From contig OZ024740.1 in the NCBI GenBank assembly GCA_964016885.1, forward strand, positions 298,840,001 through 298,904,000: a stretch of DNA of 64,000 nucleotides, given 5' to 3'. The DNA is from Eledone cirrhosa. Lineage: Eukaryota. Below, piece after piece: positions 1 to 11,031 of the stretch. The notes under the pieces are model-generated. The model was not told where the DNA came from. It worked only from the letters and a program-made list of their open reading frames with translations, and made no database searches. Position 1 is the first letter of the stretch. Each line of letters starts with the position of its first letter. The translations under genes and the position numbers were made by a program.

Positions 1-140
1 TTACAGAAATCCATTGAAGAAAGTACATCTACTGATCAAATTTTATTGTAGGAGAATTTAAAATAACTTATGGAAATTATTATGTGAAAATGTTCTTTTA
101 ACCATAAAATGTTTCTTTTGCTTATTTCCTTACTGTGCTG

Positions 141-195
141 TCATCATCATCATCATCATACGTTCGCTTTTCCCTGCTTGCAAGGGTGGGACGAA
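141..195 (-). mobile_element. Short 3' tail of the RTE-partner SINE/LINE
   Basis: (cat)n followed by cgttcgctttttccctgcttgcaagggtgggacg, the same tail as 27281-27340. Confidence 0.7.
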
Positions 196-852
196 CATTC
201 ATATGAACATTTGGAAGAATCAGTCAAGAATACAAATTTTCAAAAGTTGGCTGCACAAGCATACCCTGTCATTAGAACCCTTGATAATACAATGAACTAA
301 TGATTGACTGGTTGGATTTCTATTTCATCTCAAATGTTTAGTGAGACTTTTCTTCTTGAATGCATGTGCTTTTTCTCAATTTGTTTTTACATTCCTTCCT
401 CTTCTCACTCTCTTCTATCTTTCTATTTCATCTTTTATTCCTCATTCTATCTTCTGATGAAGGACTAGTGTCCAAAACATAAAGCCTCTTCTCCTACAAT
501 ATCAAGTGTTAAACTAATATATTTCTTCATCCTTCTCTGTATTGTTTGTTTTGCTGTTTTCATTTACATACATAATTATGTAATCAAATATATATATAGC
601 ATAATAAAGCACTGCACATATTATGAAGAGTACTCTCAATACAATAAAAACAACACTGCATGTAGCCAATGTTGTGCTTGGTAAGGTAGTAGTAACACAC
701 AATAATAACAAAAGACAACAGTTTTTGGAAAAGTAAATATCCTGTGGAAAAGAGGAAAATACTCTATATCTGAAAATACATAACTTGATAGGCAGTTAAT
801 TAAATGATCCAGTGTTAATTAGGTTATCACTGAGTTAATGAAGGATGATAAT

Positions 853-1072
853 AATAATTATTTCTACTATAGGTACATGGTCAACAATTTTGGGGGAGGG
901 GAAAGGCCATCAAATCGACCCCAGTGTATTACTGGTACTTTATTTTACCAAGTCTGTAAGGATGAGAGGCAAAGCTAACATTTGCGGGATTTGAGCTCAG
1001 AACGTAAAGTGCTATAACTCTATGCTGTGAAGCACTGTGTTTGATGCTCTACCGATATTGCCAAACTACCAC
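853..1072 (-). mobile_element. tRNA-derived SINE with a Nin/Deu-like central domain (most abundant SINE in the window)
   Basis: Reverse complement matches the window consensus ggattggcagtatcggtagag...ctgagttcaaatcccgccgaggttaactttgcctttcatccttacggggtcgataaaataaagtaccagt...ggccttgtgcc. More decayed copies lie near 1180, 8260, 18640, 19310, 41910, 52210, 52580 and 61120. Confidence 0.8.
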
Positions 1073-1396
1073 TGTAACTCTTGGAAAAATAATGATATTT
1101 ACAGAAGCAGGAATAATATTTAAAGGATTCTACAAATTTATAATTTGAGTTATAGCGTGAATGAAAAGGTTGATGATTGATGTGCAATTAAATCGACCGT
1201 AGTGCATTACTGGTAACGACCCTGCAAGGATAAAAGGCAAAGCTAACCTCAGCGGGATTCTATTTTTTCTTCTTCTTCTTCTTCTTCTTCTTCTTCTTCT
1301 TCTTCTTCTTCTTCTAATAAATGTTATATAAATACCCTGACATTTTGTAAGTATCCATATTTGTAAATGATGCCACTCTCTTCTTTCTTTATTCAG

Positions 1397-1460
1397 GCTG
1401 ATATCAAAGTTACTGGTATTCCTTTACAAATTATTGCTGAAACCATTCAAAAAGCAGCCA
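1397..1460 (+). CDS. PNPT1: Internal exon of mitochondrial polyribonucleotide nucleotidyltransferase (PNPase), second RNase PH domain region
   Basis: Acceptor ttctttctttattcag and donor gtaagt bound a 64-nt exon (phase 0 to 1). It translates ADIKVTGIPLQIIAETIQKAA, matching the animal PNPT1 motif (LQ)[21 protein letters not shown] as I recall it. Not in the ORF track. Confidence 0.88.
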
Positions 1461-1487
1461 GTAAGTATATGTATATTTATTCATATT

Positions 1488-1676
1488 TGAGGGTCAGCTG
1501 AAAATTTCATAGGTTAACTATGAAGGAGTGCCATGAAATATTGAATGCATTAATTTCAACTCTTCTTATTAATAAATTTATTGTTTCTTTCCATGGACTA
1601 TGCTGAAAAATAAACCTCATTTGGTTATTCCATGAGAGTATCTTGGTTAGCCTCTGAAATTTTCAGCTGACCCTCG
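1488..1676. mobile_element. Mariner-like MITE with about 33-bp terminal inverted repeats
   Basis: gagggtcagctgaaaatttcataggttaac at the left pairs with gttagcctctgaaattttcagctgaccctc at the right; no ORF. Confidence 0.75.
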
Positions 1677-1721
1677 TGTGTGTGTATATTTACTTATTTA
1701 TTATTAGTACAGATTAAAAGT

Positions 1722-1955
1722 TTAACATTTACATTATTTTATATATACTATTATACATTATTTTATATATACTATTTTATTTTCACAGTAAAAGCTTTAT
1801 CTTACATAATTATCTCATGTAATATCGAATCTACAAAATTTTTATGTCATTTATTTTGAGAACAGTACTTTAATGTAGGTATGAGTGGCCAGTTTGAACA
1901 GAAAGAGGGGAGAGAGTTCTGGCCAGATACAGCCGGTTTAAATCATAAAGGGTTA
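1722..1955 (+). mobile_element. TTAA-flanked (piggyBac-type) MITE, family 1, degenerate left end
   Basis: Same body as 6026-6253 and 57300-57528; ends ggccggtttaaatcataaagggttaa. Confidence 0.7.
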
Positions 1956-2139
1956 AGCAAGACATTTCTGCTTTCACCCTAACAGAGATCATCTGAGTTT
2001 CAGATATTATTTGTGATATTATTTAAAAGCTGAAGTAAAAAACTTTTGCTTTCACTCTTAGTGGGATCATCTGAGTTTTAGATAATCCTGCTTCGGGTGA
2101 AGCAGAAATTTTTAATTTGTACTAATAATAAATATTCAC

Positions 2140-2472
2140 TCTATGGATGTGCAGTGTAAATGTGCGTGAACGACCCAGCATCAATGTGTTGAGAGAGAAA
2201 CTGTGTCTGAGAGGGATAGAATGTAGTGTACGGGAGAGGAGACTGAGGTGGTATGGACATGGAGGATGACCGATGGGTGAAGAAGTGCCAGGAAATGCCA
2301 GTTGAAGGAAGACATGGTAGAGGTTGACCACGAAAAACATGGGCGGAGGTGGTGAGAACAGACCTCAGATCATTGAAGCTCACGGTGGAGATGACGAAGG
2401 ACCGTGATGAGTGGAGAGATGCTGTGCTGAATAAGATCCGTCCCACCCTTGCAAGCAGGGAAAAGCGGACCC
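2140..2472 (+). mobile_element. RTE LINE 3' fragment, degenerate
   Basis: Encodes remnants of WMCSVNVRERPSINVLREKL and RERRLRWYGH, then the cgtcccacccttgcaagcagggaaaagcggac tail. Confidence 0.8.
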
Positions 2473-3579
2473 ATGAGGGTCCTGATTCTTTGATATTACC
2501 ATACTCTGCTACCTCTAATATCAAGTACTCTGGTGGGTATGGTCTAACAGGTTTTTACTGCATCCATTTTGATTTATATATATATATATATATACATAGG
2601 ACCAGTTGCTTGTGCTTACTTCAGGTTTTTCTGTTTCAATACAAATGAAGATTATATCTTTCCATTTAGGATGTTGGTCTATCACAAGAAAAGCAGGAAA
2701 TAATGAACCTGTTAGTCAAAGCAATGATTAACCAAGTGTTTCAGCTGTAAAAATGCTCTGCATACTACACTCCATATATCAGAAAGTAATCAACTGTAAA
2801 AATACCCTGATTACTCTATATTTCAGTTGACAATAGAGGGGTTATAAGCTCTAAAAATATCCTAATTGCTCTGTATATCAAGAGTACTCAGCTATAAATT
2901 CACTCTGATTACTTTCTACATCCAGGGCTGGATTTAATGTGGGTGAGGGGCAAGTAAACACTGTAAAGTGGTTATGTTCGGAAGGGCATCCAGCAATAGA
3001 AACTGTGCCAAATATGTAATGTATGAGCAAGCTGAGGTCACTTTGATATGTCTGGTCTCGGACTGTGACAACTTGTCCAACACATGCCGGTGTGGAAAGT
3101 TGACGTAAAATAAGGAGGGTTAGATTTTTTGAATTTAGTACCTTTACATATAACTTTTCATTTTCAATTAATTGCACCAGCCGATTTTGATATGTAAAAT
3201 TGGGGGATTTTCTGTGTATTCTAATTTATTGTGTATGAGCGGTTCCCCAAACCTGAAGTGCCCTTGGTCCCCTCAGGTCTAAATCCAGCCTCACTCTACA
3301 TCAGTTGAAATAAAGTGGGTATTTAGCTGTAGAGATACCTGGATTAGCCTGTACATCAGTTGGTAAAAGAGAGGGTGTTCTGTACAGAAAATAGTAATAG
3401 GAACATTATGCAGCTTCAATGGCAGCTACGATGTTTAGTTTTAAGGATGCTATATTTCAATTTATATTTCTAACTCTTGTCAGCATAGAAGAGTGGACAT
3501 AAAACTGATGGTAATAACAATACTGTTGAGGGTGATGGTGTTGGTGATGTCTATATAAAATTATACAGCTATATATTAC

Positions 3580-3582
3580 ACA

Positions 3583-3617
<35 letters not shown>

Positions 3618-3891
3618 CCCATATTACATATATAATTATGTATATCTTTACATATGCATACACACAAACAAGTCTACATATATTACACAATCACACACAC
3701 ACACACACACACACACGTACATTTATATATATATATATATATTTATATATATACACATTTATATATATATATATATACATATGTATATATACATATGTAT
3801 ATATATACATATATATATATTTATATATATACACATTTATATATATATATATATACATATGTATATATACATTTATATATATATATATATT

Positions 3892-3964
<73 letters not shown>

Positions 3965-4045
3965 ATACATATATATATACATATCTTTTCACTATATATA
4001 TACATATATATACATATATATATATATATATGCATATCTTTTCAC

Positions 4046-4079
<34 letters not shown>

Positions 4080-4310
4080 CCTACATACATATACCTACAT
4101 ACATATATGTATATACCTACATACATATATGTATATACCTACACATATATATATATATATACACTCTCACGCACACATATATATATACATACACACATAC
4201 ATGTATACATATCACACATATATGTATACTTATGTGTGTGTGTCTATATATATATATATATATTTATATACATACATACATATATATATATATATACACA
4301 TACATATTCA
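3580..4310. repeat. Compound (TA)n/(CA)n microsatellite field
   Basis: Read directly from the sequence. Confidence 0.95.
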
Positions 4311-4529
4311 TCACTATCAATTTAAGGTTTGATATATCTAAGTATGAAATCTGATGGGTTTTTTTTCTATGCTTCACTTACCCGATCTCTCCACTTCACT
4401 GATTTATTGAACTGACCAAGAATATTTATTGAACTGGCCATACTATTTATTGTTCAGTGAGAACTTATACCCCCCCCCCTCACACCTCCAGCCTTCTCTT
4501 ATATATACTTATATCTATTTACTAACTCT

Positions 4530-5159
4530 TTCTCTCTTATTTTCTCCTATTCTTTTCTTTTATACTTCCTTCCCCTCTCCTCTCCTCTCCACCTCTCTCC
4601 TCTCCTCTCCACCTCTCTCCTCTCCTCTCTGCCTCCTCCTCTGACCCCCCCCCCGTCATGCCCCCTACCTCTTCCTCCACCCACCTCTTCCTCTCCCCAT
4701 CCTCACCGCCTCTTTCTCTTCTCCTCATCACTTCCTTACCTCCCTCCTAATCGTCTCCTTCTCCCCCTCCTCACCGCCCCTTCCTTTCCTCCTCCTCATC
4801 ACCCCTTCCTCATCACCTCTCCCTCCTCATCACATCCTCTCCCACATGATCACCCCCCCCCCTCACCCCCTCCCCACTTTCCTCTCCCTGCTCGCCCCTC
4901 CTCACTTTCCTCTCCCTCCTTACCCCTCCCCTCTTCATATCATCTCAGACTCTTACATCTTGCTCTCATTCAATTTGTTTACCTCCCTCTCTTTCCTCAA
5001 CCCTTTCTTTCTCTCTCTTATTTTTCATCCTCTCTTTTGTATTTCTCCTTTTCAACTTTTATTTCTTCCCCCCTCTTTCCATCTCATCATCACCTCTCTC
5101 TCTTTCATCTTTTCTTCTTCTCTTTTTATTTTTCACATTCTCCACCACCACCACCACCA

Positions 5160-5231
<72 letters not shown>

Positions 5232-5945
5232 CTATCTCATCTTTTCTTTTTTTACCTTTCACATCCTCCACCACCTTCATCTCCCTCTCTCTCTCATCTT
5301 TTCTTCCTCACTTTTACCTTTTACATTCTCTTACTCTCTCTCATCTTTTCTTCTTCTCTTTTTACCTTTCACATCCTCCACCATCATCTCTCTTTCTCTC
5401 TCTCACTCATCTTTTCTCCCTCTCTATTACCTTTTACATTCTCTCTCTCACATATTTTCTTCTCTTTAACTTTCACATTCTCTCCCACCACCACCACCAC
5501 CACCATCATCATCATCTCTCTCTCTTCTATTCCTCCTCCTTCCTTAATATTTCACTCTTTCATTCTTTTTTATTCTCTCTTTCTATAAATACAACCCTTT
5601 CTTTCTCTCCCCCATTCTCCTCCACCTCCCACTTCCTTTCATGTTTCTCCTACATGTCTCTTATTTTTCTTTGTGGCAGTGGGGACGGGGGTGTAAGAGG
5701 TTCTTATTTCTTTTTTTTTTCATCTGCTACCTTTTATTTTTCATCTCTCTATTTCTGCTTTATCTCTCTCACTTTCACCATGACCATGACCATCATCCTC
5801 CCCATCATCTATGCCACCACTAACACCACCACCATTACCATCACTCCCATCATCATCACCAGCGACACCACGATCACCACCACTACACTCCCCATCATCC
5901 ATACCACCACCACTGCCACCACCACCACCATCATCATCATGCAAA
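4530..5945. repeat. Polypyrimidine low-complexity region with (CT)n, (CAC)n and (CAT)n tracts and a loose ~60-nt repeat
   Basis: Recurring unit ctctcatcttttcttc...tacctttcacatcctccaccacc. Confidence 0.85.
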
Positions 5946-6025
5946 CAAGAATTTAAAAATAAAACATATGAGTAAATTAGATAAATAAATATATTAAAGC
6001 CTCATCAATGCAACATCCCACAGAC

Positions 6026-6253
6026 TTAACTCTTTAGCATTTACATTGCTCTATATATACTATTGTATTTTCTTGGTAAAGGCTTTATCTCACATAATTA
6101 TTTCACATAATATCGAATCTATGAGATTTTGATGTTATTTATTTTGAGAAATATACCTTAACATCAGTATGAGTGGTCAGTTACAGCAGGTTTGAACAGA
6201 AAGGGGTGAGAGAATTATGGCCAGATACGGCCGGTTTAAATACAAAAGGATAA
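6026..6253 (+). mobile_element. TTAA-flanked (piggyBac-type) MITE, family 1
   Basis: ttaactctttagcatttaca...tttaaatacaaaaggataa; four copies in the window. Confidence 0.8.
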
Positions 6254-7169
6254 ACCATACATCTCTTCATATTATCTTAAATTTGAAAGAGCAGACCTCA
6301 AGCATAACACCCTCCACACATACAGAGACACACATCCATATTATTACATTCTCTGTCAATACAGCCCAGTGTGGATTCCGACTCTTATTTCTCCTTGACC
6401 ACATTATTCTTGCTCAATAAAGTCAACTTAGTTGAAGGAATATAAGCTATAAACTGGCTCTTCTTATCTCCCATCTATTGCATAGCTGTTTAGTGTTTTG
6501 AGTTGTAATTGCTTCTTACTTCGGACACTTTATCACACTATGATGTTTATGTATGTATGTGTATGTATGTATATATGTCTGTGTGTGTATGTATGTATAT
6601 ATATGCACATGTATGTATGTTATGCCAGGTCGTTCTTCAGGTAACCCAGTACATGTAACCCAGTACAACCTGTGCATGGTCAGGTCATTGGCGACTAAAC
6701 CAGCAACCCTGCTTGGTGAGAAGGGTGATTTGGGACACCCTGCGGGATGAAAAACAAAACCAGTCAAAGGGCGGAGGAACTCAGGAGAGTCAACAGGCCA
6801 TCCAATAATTTTTTTTTTTTGAGCGAGACTCCTAGTCTTCATTAGGACATCTCTTTAGGAGAATGTCACTCTGATATGAAACCTGCGACTTCATTTGCAT
6901 CCAATGTTGTAGACCAGTTCTTCTTTTGGGGCAAATGCATTTGATGCTCAGAGAGTGGGATTGGCCCTGTTTATAGTCTTTCTTCACTTAAAAAAGCTTC
7001 AAAAACAGGCATCAGTTGATATGTGACATTTTCTGCAATGCATGGCATTGCTGGCCATAGGCAAGTCCCTAGTAGGACTAAAAAGCCACGTCTGTGATGC
7101 TCATGCTTAAGTATCAAGCGATGGCATTACACAAAATTGAGTTACAGCCATCATGTATGTATGTTCTTC

Positions 7170-7840
7170 TGGTTTTATAATTTCACAAATTTTTACCAAT
7201 AGAGAGAGAGTCGGTTTCTAACATAGACACAAGACTCTTTCATTGGAATCAACTAAGTAGATTATGTATGCATGCATGTGTAGATATGGATGTTATTGTA
7301 TGTGTGGATGTGTATGGTTTGAGTTGTATGTGTGCATGTGTATATGCTCTGTATCTGTACATGTGTATATGCAGTTATTAGATGCAAAATTTTTGGAATG
7401 TTTTACATATTTTTACTGTTCCATTAATGGAATGTACTTGTAGTTTCCTAACTATTTGTGTTCTTTCTGTTCCTGTGAAGCCTAGCTTCTCACAATTTGT
7501 ATTGAGGCAGTTACTAACATACCCCAGTGCCCCAATAATCACAGGCATAAATCTGAAGGTGTAATCAGGGTGGAGTATCTGCAGATTTCTCATCAGTTCT
7601 GCATAAATATTCTCCTTTTTGCTAATCTTTGATATTATATTGACATCTGCTGGGCATGCTTTCTTTTCCCTGTCCCATATCATAATATCTGGTCTGTTAT
7701 GCCTGCATTTTATTGGGGTTTTTACTGGAACATTCCACCAGTACTCTTTCATATTATGTATATGGATGTTTTCCACATTGCTGTAGCTTTTAATGTGTTT
7801 ATTATTGGGGCTATCTTTTCTACGTATTGTATTGTAAAAT
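7170..7840 (-). mobile_element. R4/Dong-like non-LTR retrotransposon 3' fragment (restriction-like endonuclease domain)
   Basis: ORF 7378-7938(-) contains YWWNVPVKTPIKCRHNRPDIMIWDREKK...PVIIGALG, the RPD-type REL motif. The ORF N-terminus is microsatellite. Confidence 0.8.
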
Positions 7841-8476
7841 GTATGTATGTGTGTATGTATGTATGTATGTTTGTGTATGCATGTATGTGTGTGTGTGTAT
7901 GCATGTATGTATGTGTGTGTATGTATGTGCGTATGCATGTATGTATATGTGTCTGTATGTATGTGTGTGTGTGTGTGAGAGAGAGAGAAAGAGATTCTAT
8001 TGCACAGAAAATATTACCACTGTCATCAGGCATCTGTTTTTAACAAGTTGATTGTTCTATTGTTATCTTTAGTTAACTATGAGGGTGGACATGGTAAGAT
8101 ACCAAGGCTCTTCCAATCCCTTCCATGTTGGCTGATTGGCCATGGAGGTATTGGAACTTAGAATACAAAGATTTGGAACCAATAGCACAAAGCATTTCCA
8201 TCTGACACCCTAACAATTTTGTTAGTTCACTGCATTAGACTGGTTCTCTCTTTTTATTTTTTATTTAAAACACCACAAAAATGAAAGGAAAAGTTGACCT
8301 TGGCAGGATTTTGTCTCAGGATCCAAAAAGCAGGAATAAATACTGCAAAGGATTTTATCTGAAACACTACCAATTTCCCATCTTGATTATAGAATATGTG
8401 ATAGAAAATGAAATGTTAAACCTTTTTTTATTGACAAGAACCCACACAGGAGTTCTGAAGTTTGTGTTTACTTCAG

Positions 8477-8599
8477 GTTTTTCTGTTGCAATATACAAAT
8501 GAGAATTATATCTTTCCATTGAAGAATGCTGGTCTGTCACAGAAAAAGCAGGAAATGATGAATTTGTATGTCAAAGCAATGATTAAACGACAATTGTAA
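8477..8599 (+). other. Candidate terminal coding exon of an unidentified gene (decayed duplicate at 2625-2750)
   Basis: Acceptor tttgtgtttacttcag is followed by 40 open codons VFLLQYTNENYIFPLKNAGLSQKKQEMMNLYVKAMIKRQL and TAA. Protein not recognised. Confidence 0.3.
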
Positions 8600-9879
8600 A
8601 ATGTGGCCCCTTGCTTGCAGAGATGCATTATATTAAACTGCTTGTATCTATGTAAAATGAGGGAATCTGTGTACTGTTGTGCAACCTTCTAGAAGCAGCA
8701 ACCAAATCTCTCTAAAATTACATTGAGGGAAGAAAACATTGGGCTATGTAGTCCTAGATATGTAATGCCCAAGAGAAGAAAGGGGAGGTCATAGCTGGAA
8801 TGGCCTTGATCATATGTCTGCTTTGTGAGGACTGAGCTGCTGCTAAGCAAAAACAGCCTACTTAATGTTTATATGAATTCAATAGTTAAGAGTCTTGTTA
8901 CCAGACACATCACTGCACAATTGACAGGTCTTAACCCACTCACTCCATGATGTGACCTCATTGTTATTTGTCAGAAGCTGACTTTGAAGTCATCCTACTG
9001 ACCCTGCTATCATTCCTTCTTTTATATCTCATAAAAGGTTTCCTGCATACGTGTAAACACACACAAACAATCACCACCAACATTAACATAGCTTCTATAG
9101 TGTTAGTCCTTTATACACACTTAGTGTGAATCTTATGTTGTGCTTTCTGGCAAGGTTTTTCTGGATGGGTGTCCTTCCTACTACCAACCACTTTACAGTG
9201 TGGACTGTGAGCATTATTTGTTCTACCAGCACTAGAGAGGTTAATTTACTGAACTCGAGAGTCCTCACCATCCTATATCAATTTTTAATCAGAGTGTCTA
9301 CTCTCTTTGATGGGTTGCTTTCACCATGGCCTATGGCGTTTATGTCTGCCCAATGCAATTGTTTTTAATCAGAGTCACTGCTCTCTTAGACATGCTGCCT
9401 TCATTACTGTTTATGGAGTCCACGTTTGCACTGTGCAGTCATTTTAATAATAATTGGTGTATCTGCCTTCCTGAAGGGGCTGCCTTCTCAATGGCTTACA
9501 AAGCCCATATCTGTCCCATACAATCTTATTTTATTTGGAGCGACTGCTCACCTAGACCCTCATTAACACTGGGCAGTCATGAGCAGCAACTCATGCATCA
9601 TAAGAATTGGCCTTTCTAAGTGTAGTTACAGTCTGCAGAGTAGTGAATTGACATTGGGCATGTGAAAGGGTAACAGATCAGGAGGTGGTGGAAAGTGAGT
9701 TGAAAGGGCAGGTGTTAAAAGCAATGGACAGGAAGGTGGTGGAAAGGAAATGGGTGGATGGGATGCACTAACAGTGGAACAAGTCATTAAAGGCAAAGCA
9801 GAGAGAACAGTTATGGAAGTTCATGAAGTTGACTGAGAAATAAATAAAATAGAATAGATAGAGCTTAGCTTATTTGTCT

Positions 9880-10305
9880 TCAGTGTAGAATAACTGGGTT
9901 GAACTGAAGACAAGTATGTGTTGGTATGCCTGTCTTCCTATGGGTTTTTTTCTAATTCTTATGTTTCATATTCTGTCGTCACTCATTACGTTGTTGGGTG
10001 GGGATGTTATTATTCCTTATGTGTTTTCTGTTGAGGCTTGGGCTACATTCTTTTATATGTGTGGCATCTATAATTTGTCTGAGTGTTGTGTCAATTCTCT
10101 GTCTGGTTAGGATCTTCACTTCTCTCTTGTATATTGAACCCCCATCTTCAAGTTTGGCTTTTTTGATATAGCACTAACAAGCTTTTCTCCAATGTTCCTT
10201 CATCCTCTCTCCTATGCTAGAGGTTGTCTCACCAATATGTTTTGTCATGTTTCTACACCGTCGCCGCTCAATACACCTAATCCTATAGACTGCATTCCTA
10301 GTAAA
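9880..10305 (-). mobile_element. Penelope-like element fragment (GIY-YIG endonuclease C-terminus)
   Basis: Minus strand reads RNAVYRIRCIERRRCRNMTKHIGETTSSIGERMKEHW (VY-C-C-YIGET-R-EH pattern), then after a stop EVKILTRQRIDTTLRQIIDATHIKECSPSLNRK. Confidence 0.75.
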
Positions 10306-10374
10306 TGAAGCCAGTAAAAATTAAAGAATAGAAATATTCAATGAAATGCATACAACAATAACTGAACCTGTACA

Positions 10375-10570
10375 TGGATGATCAACCTATCAGAAATAGC
10401 AGCCAAATATCCCACTGATCACATCCTCCTATCTTAAACAGGAACGACCCATTAGATAATATACTATCACATTCACTTATGTCTTAATAAAATACATAAT
10501 GTTCACAGCTGGGACACCTTTGATCATGTCTGTTCAATGAGAGCTGTCCTGGGGCTAAACAGCAACAAAA
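10375..10570 (+). mobile_element. Unclassified ~190-bp interspersed repeat
   Basis: agaaatagcagccaaat...ctttgatcat...ctggggctaaacagcaac. Related copies lie near 8685-8860, 33530-33715(-), 50500-50670(-), 53800-54290 (split by a SINE) and 62690-62845. Confidence 0.65.
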
Positions 10571-10746
10571 CAATTCAAATATGGATGTAAAAAATAGACA
10601 CGACACACATGCATGCGTAAACACACACACATACATGTGTAAACACTCACATACTAATAATTAAATATATATATATATGCGTAAACACTCACATACTAAT
10701 AATTAAATATATATATTATATTATGCTGAAAAAAAATGATGGGATA

Positions 10747-10788
<42 letters not shown>

Positions 10789-11031
10789 CACACACCACAC
10801 AAATACATGCTTTAAGCTATGCTGGTGAAAAAATACAACATACACACATGCACATGCTTACATATATAATATATACTCACACACACATATATATATAGAT
10901 ATATATAAATATTTTTATATATATATATTCATATTTTAAACTATGCTTAAAAAAGACATGATGCACACACGCTCACACATATATATGTGCTTGTGTGTGT
11001 ATTTATATATATATATATTTATATACACATA

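Noticed and set aside
3638-4354. Long YI/HT/VC-rich ORFs here and at 14.8-15.3, 45.0-47.3 and 38.3 kb
   Set aside because: Translations of (TA)n/(CA)n microsatellites, which lack stop codons in some frames.
4382-4411. Possible 30-nt minus-strand exon (FNKSVKWRDR, donor gtaagt)
   Set aside because: The acceptor lies in a short local tandem repeat (cagttcaataaat) with a weak pyrimidine tract, and no homology is recognised.
4846-5956. S/L/F/P/T-rich ORFs, also at 16.1-17.1, 40.8 and 61.2-61.5 kb
   Set aside because: Polypyrimidine and trinucleotide low-complexity sequence.
10943-11031. ATG 10943 as the start of an intact autonomous LINE protein
   Set aside because: The first ~30 codons are flanking microsatellite and most of the endonuclease domain is missing, so the copy is 5'-truncated.
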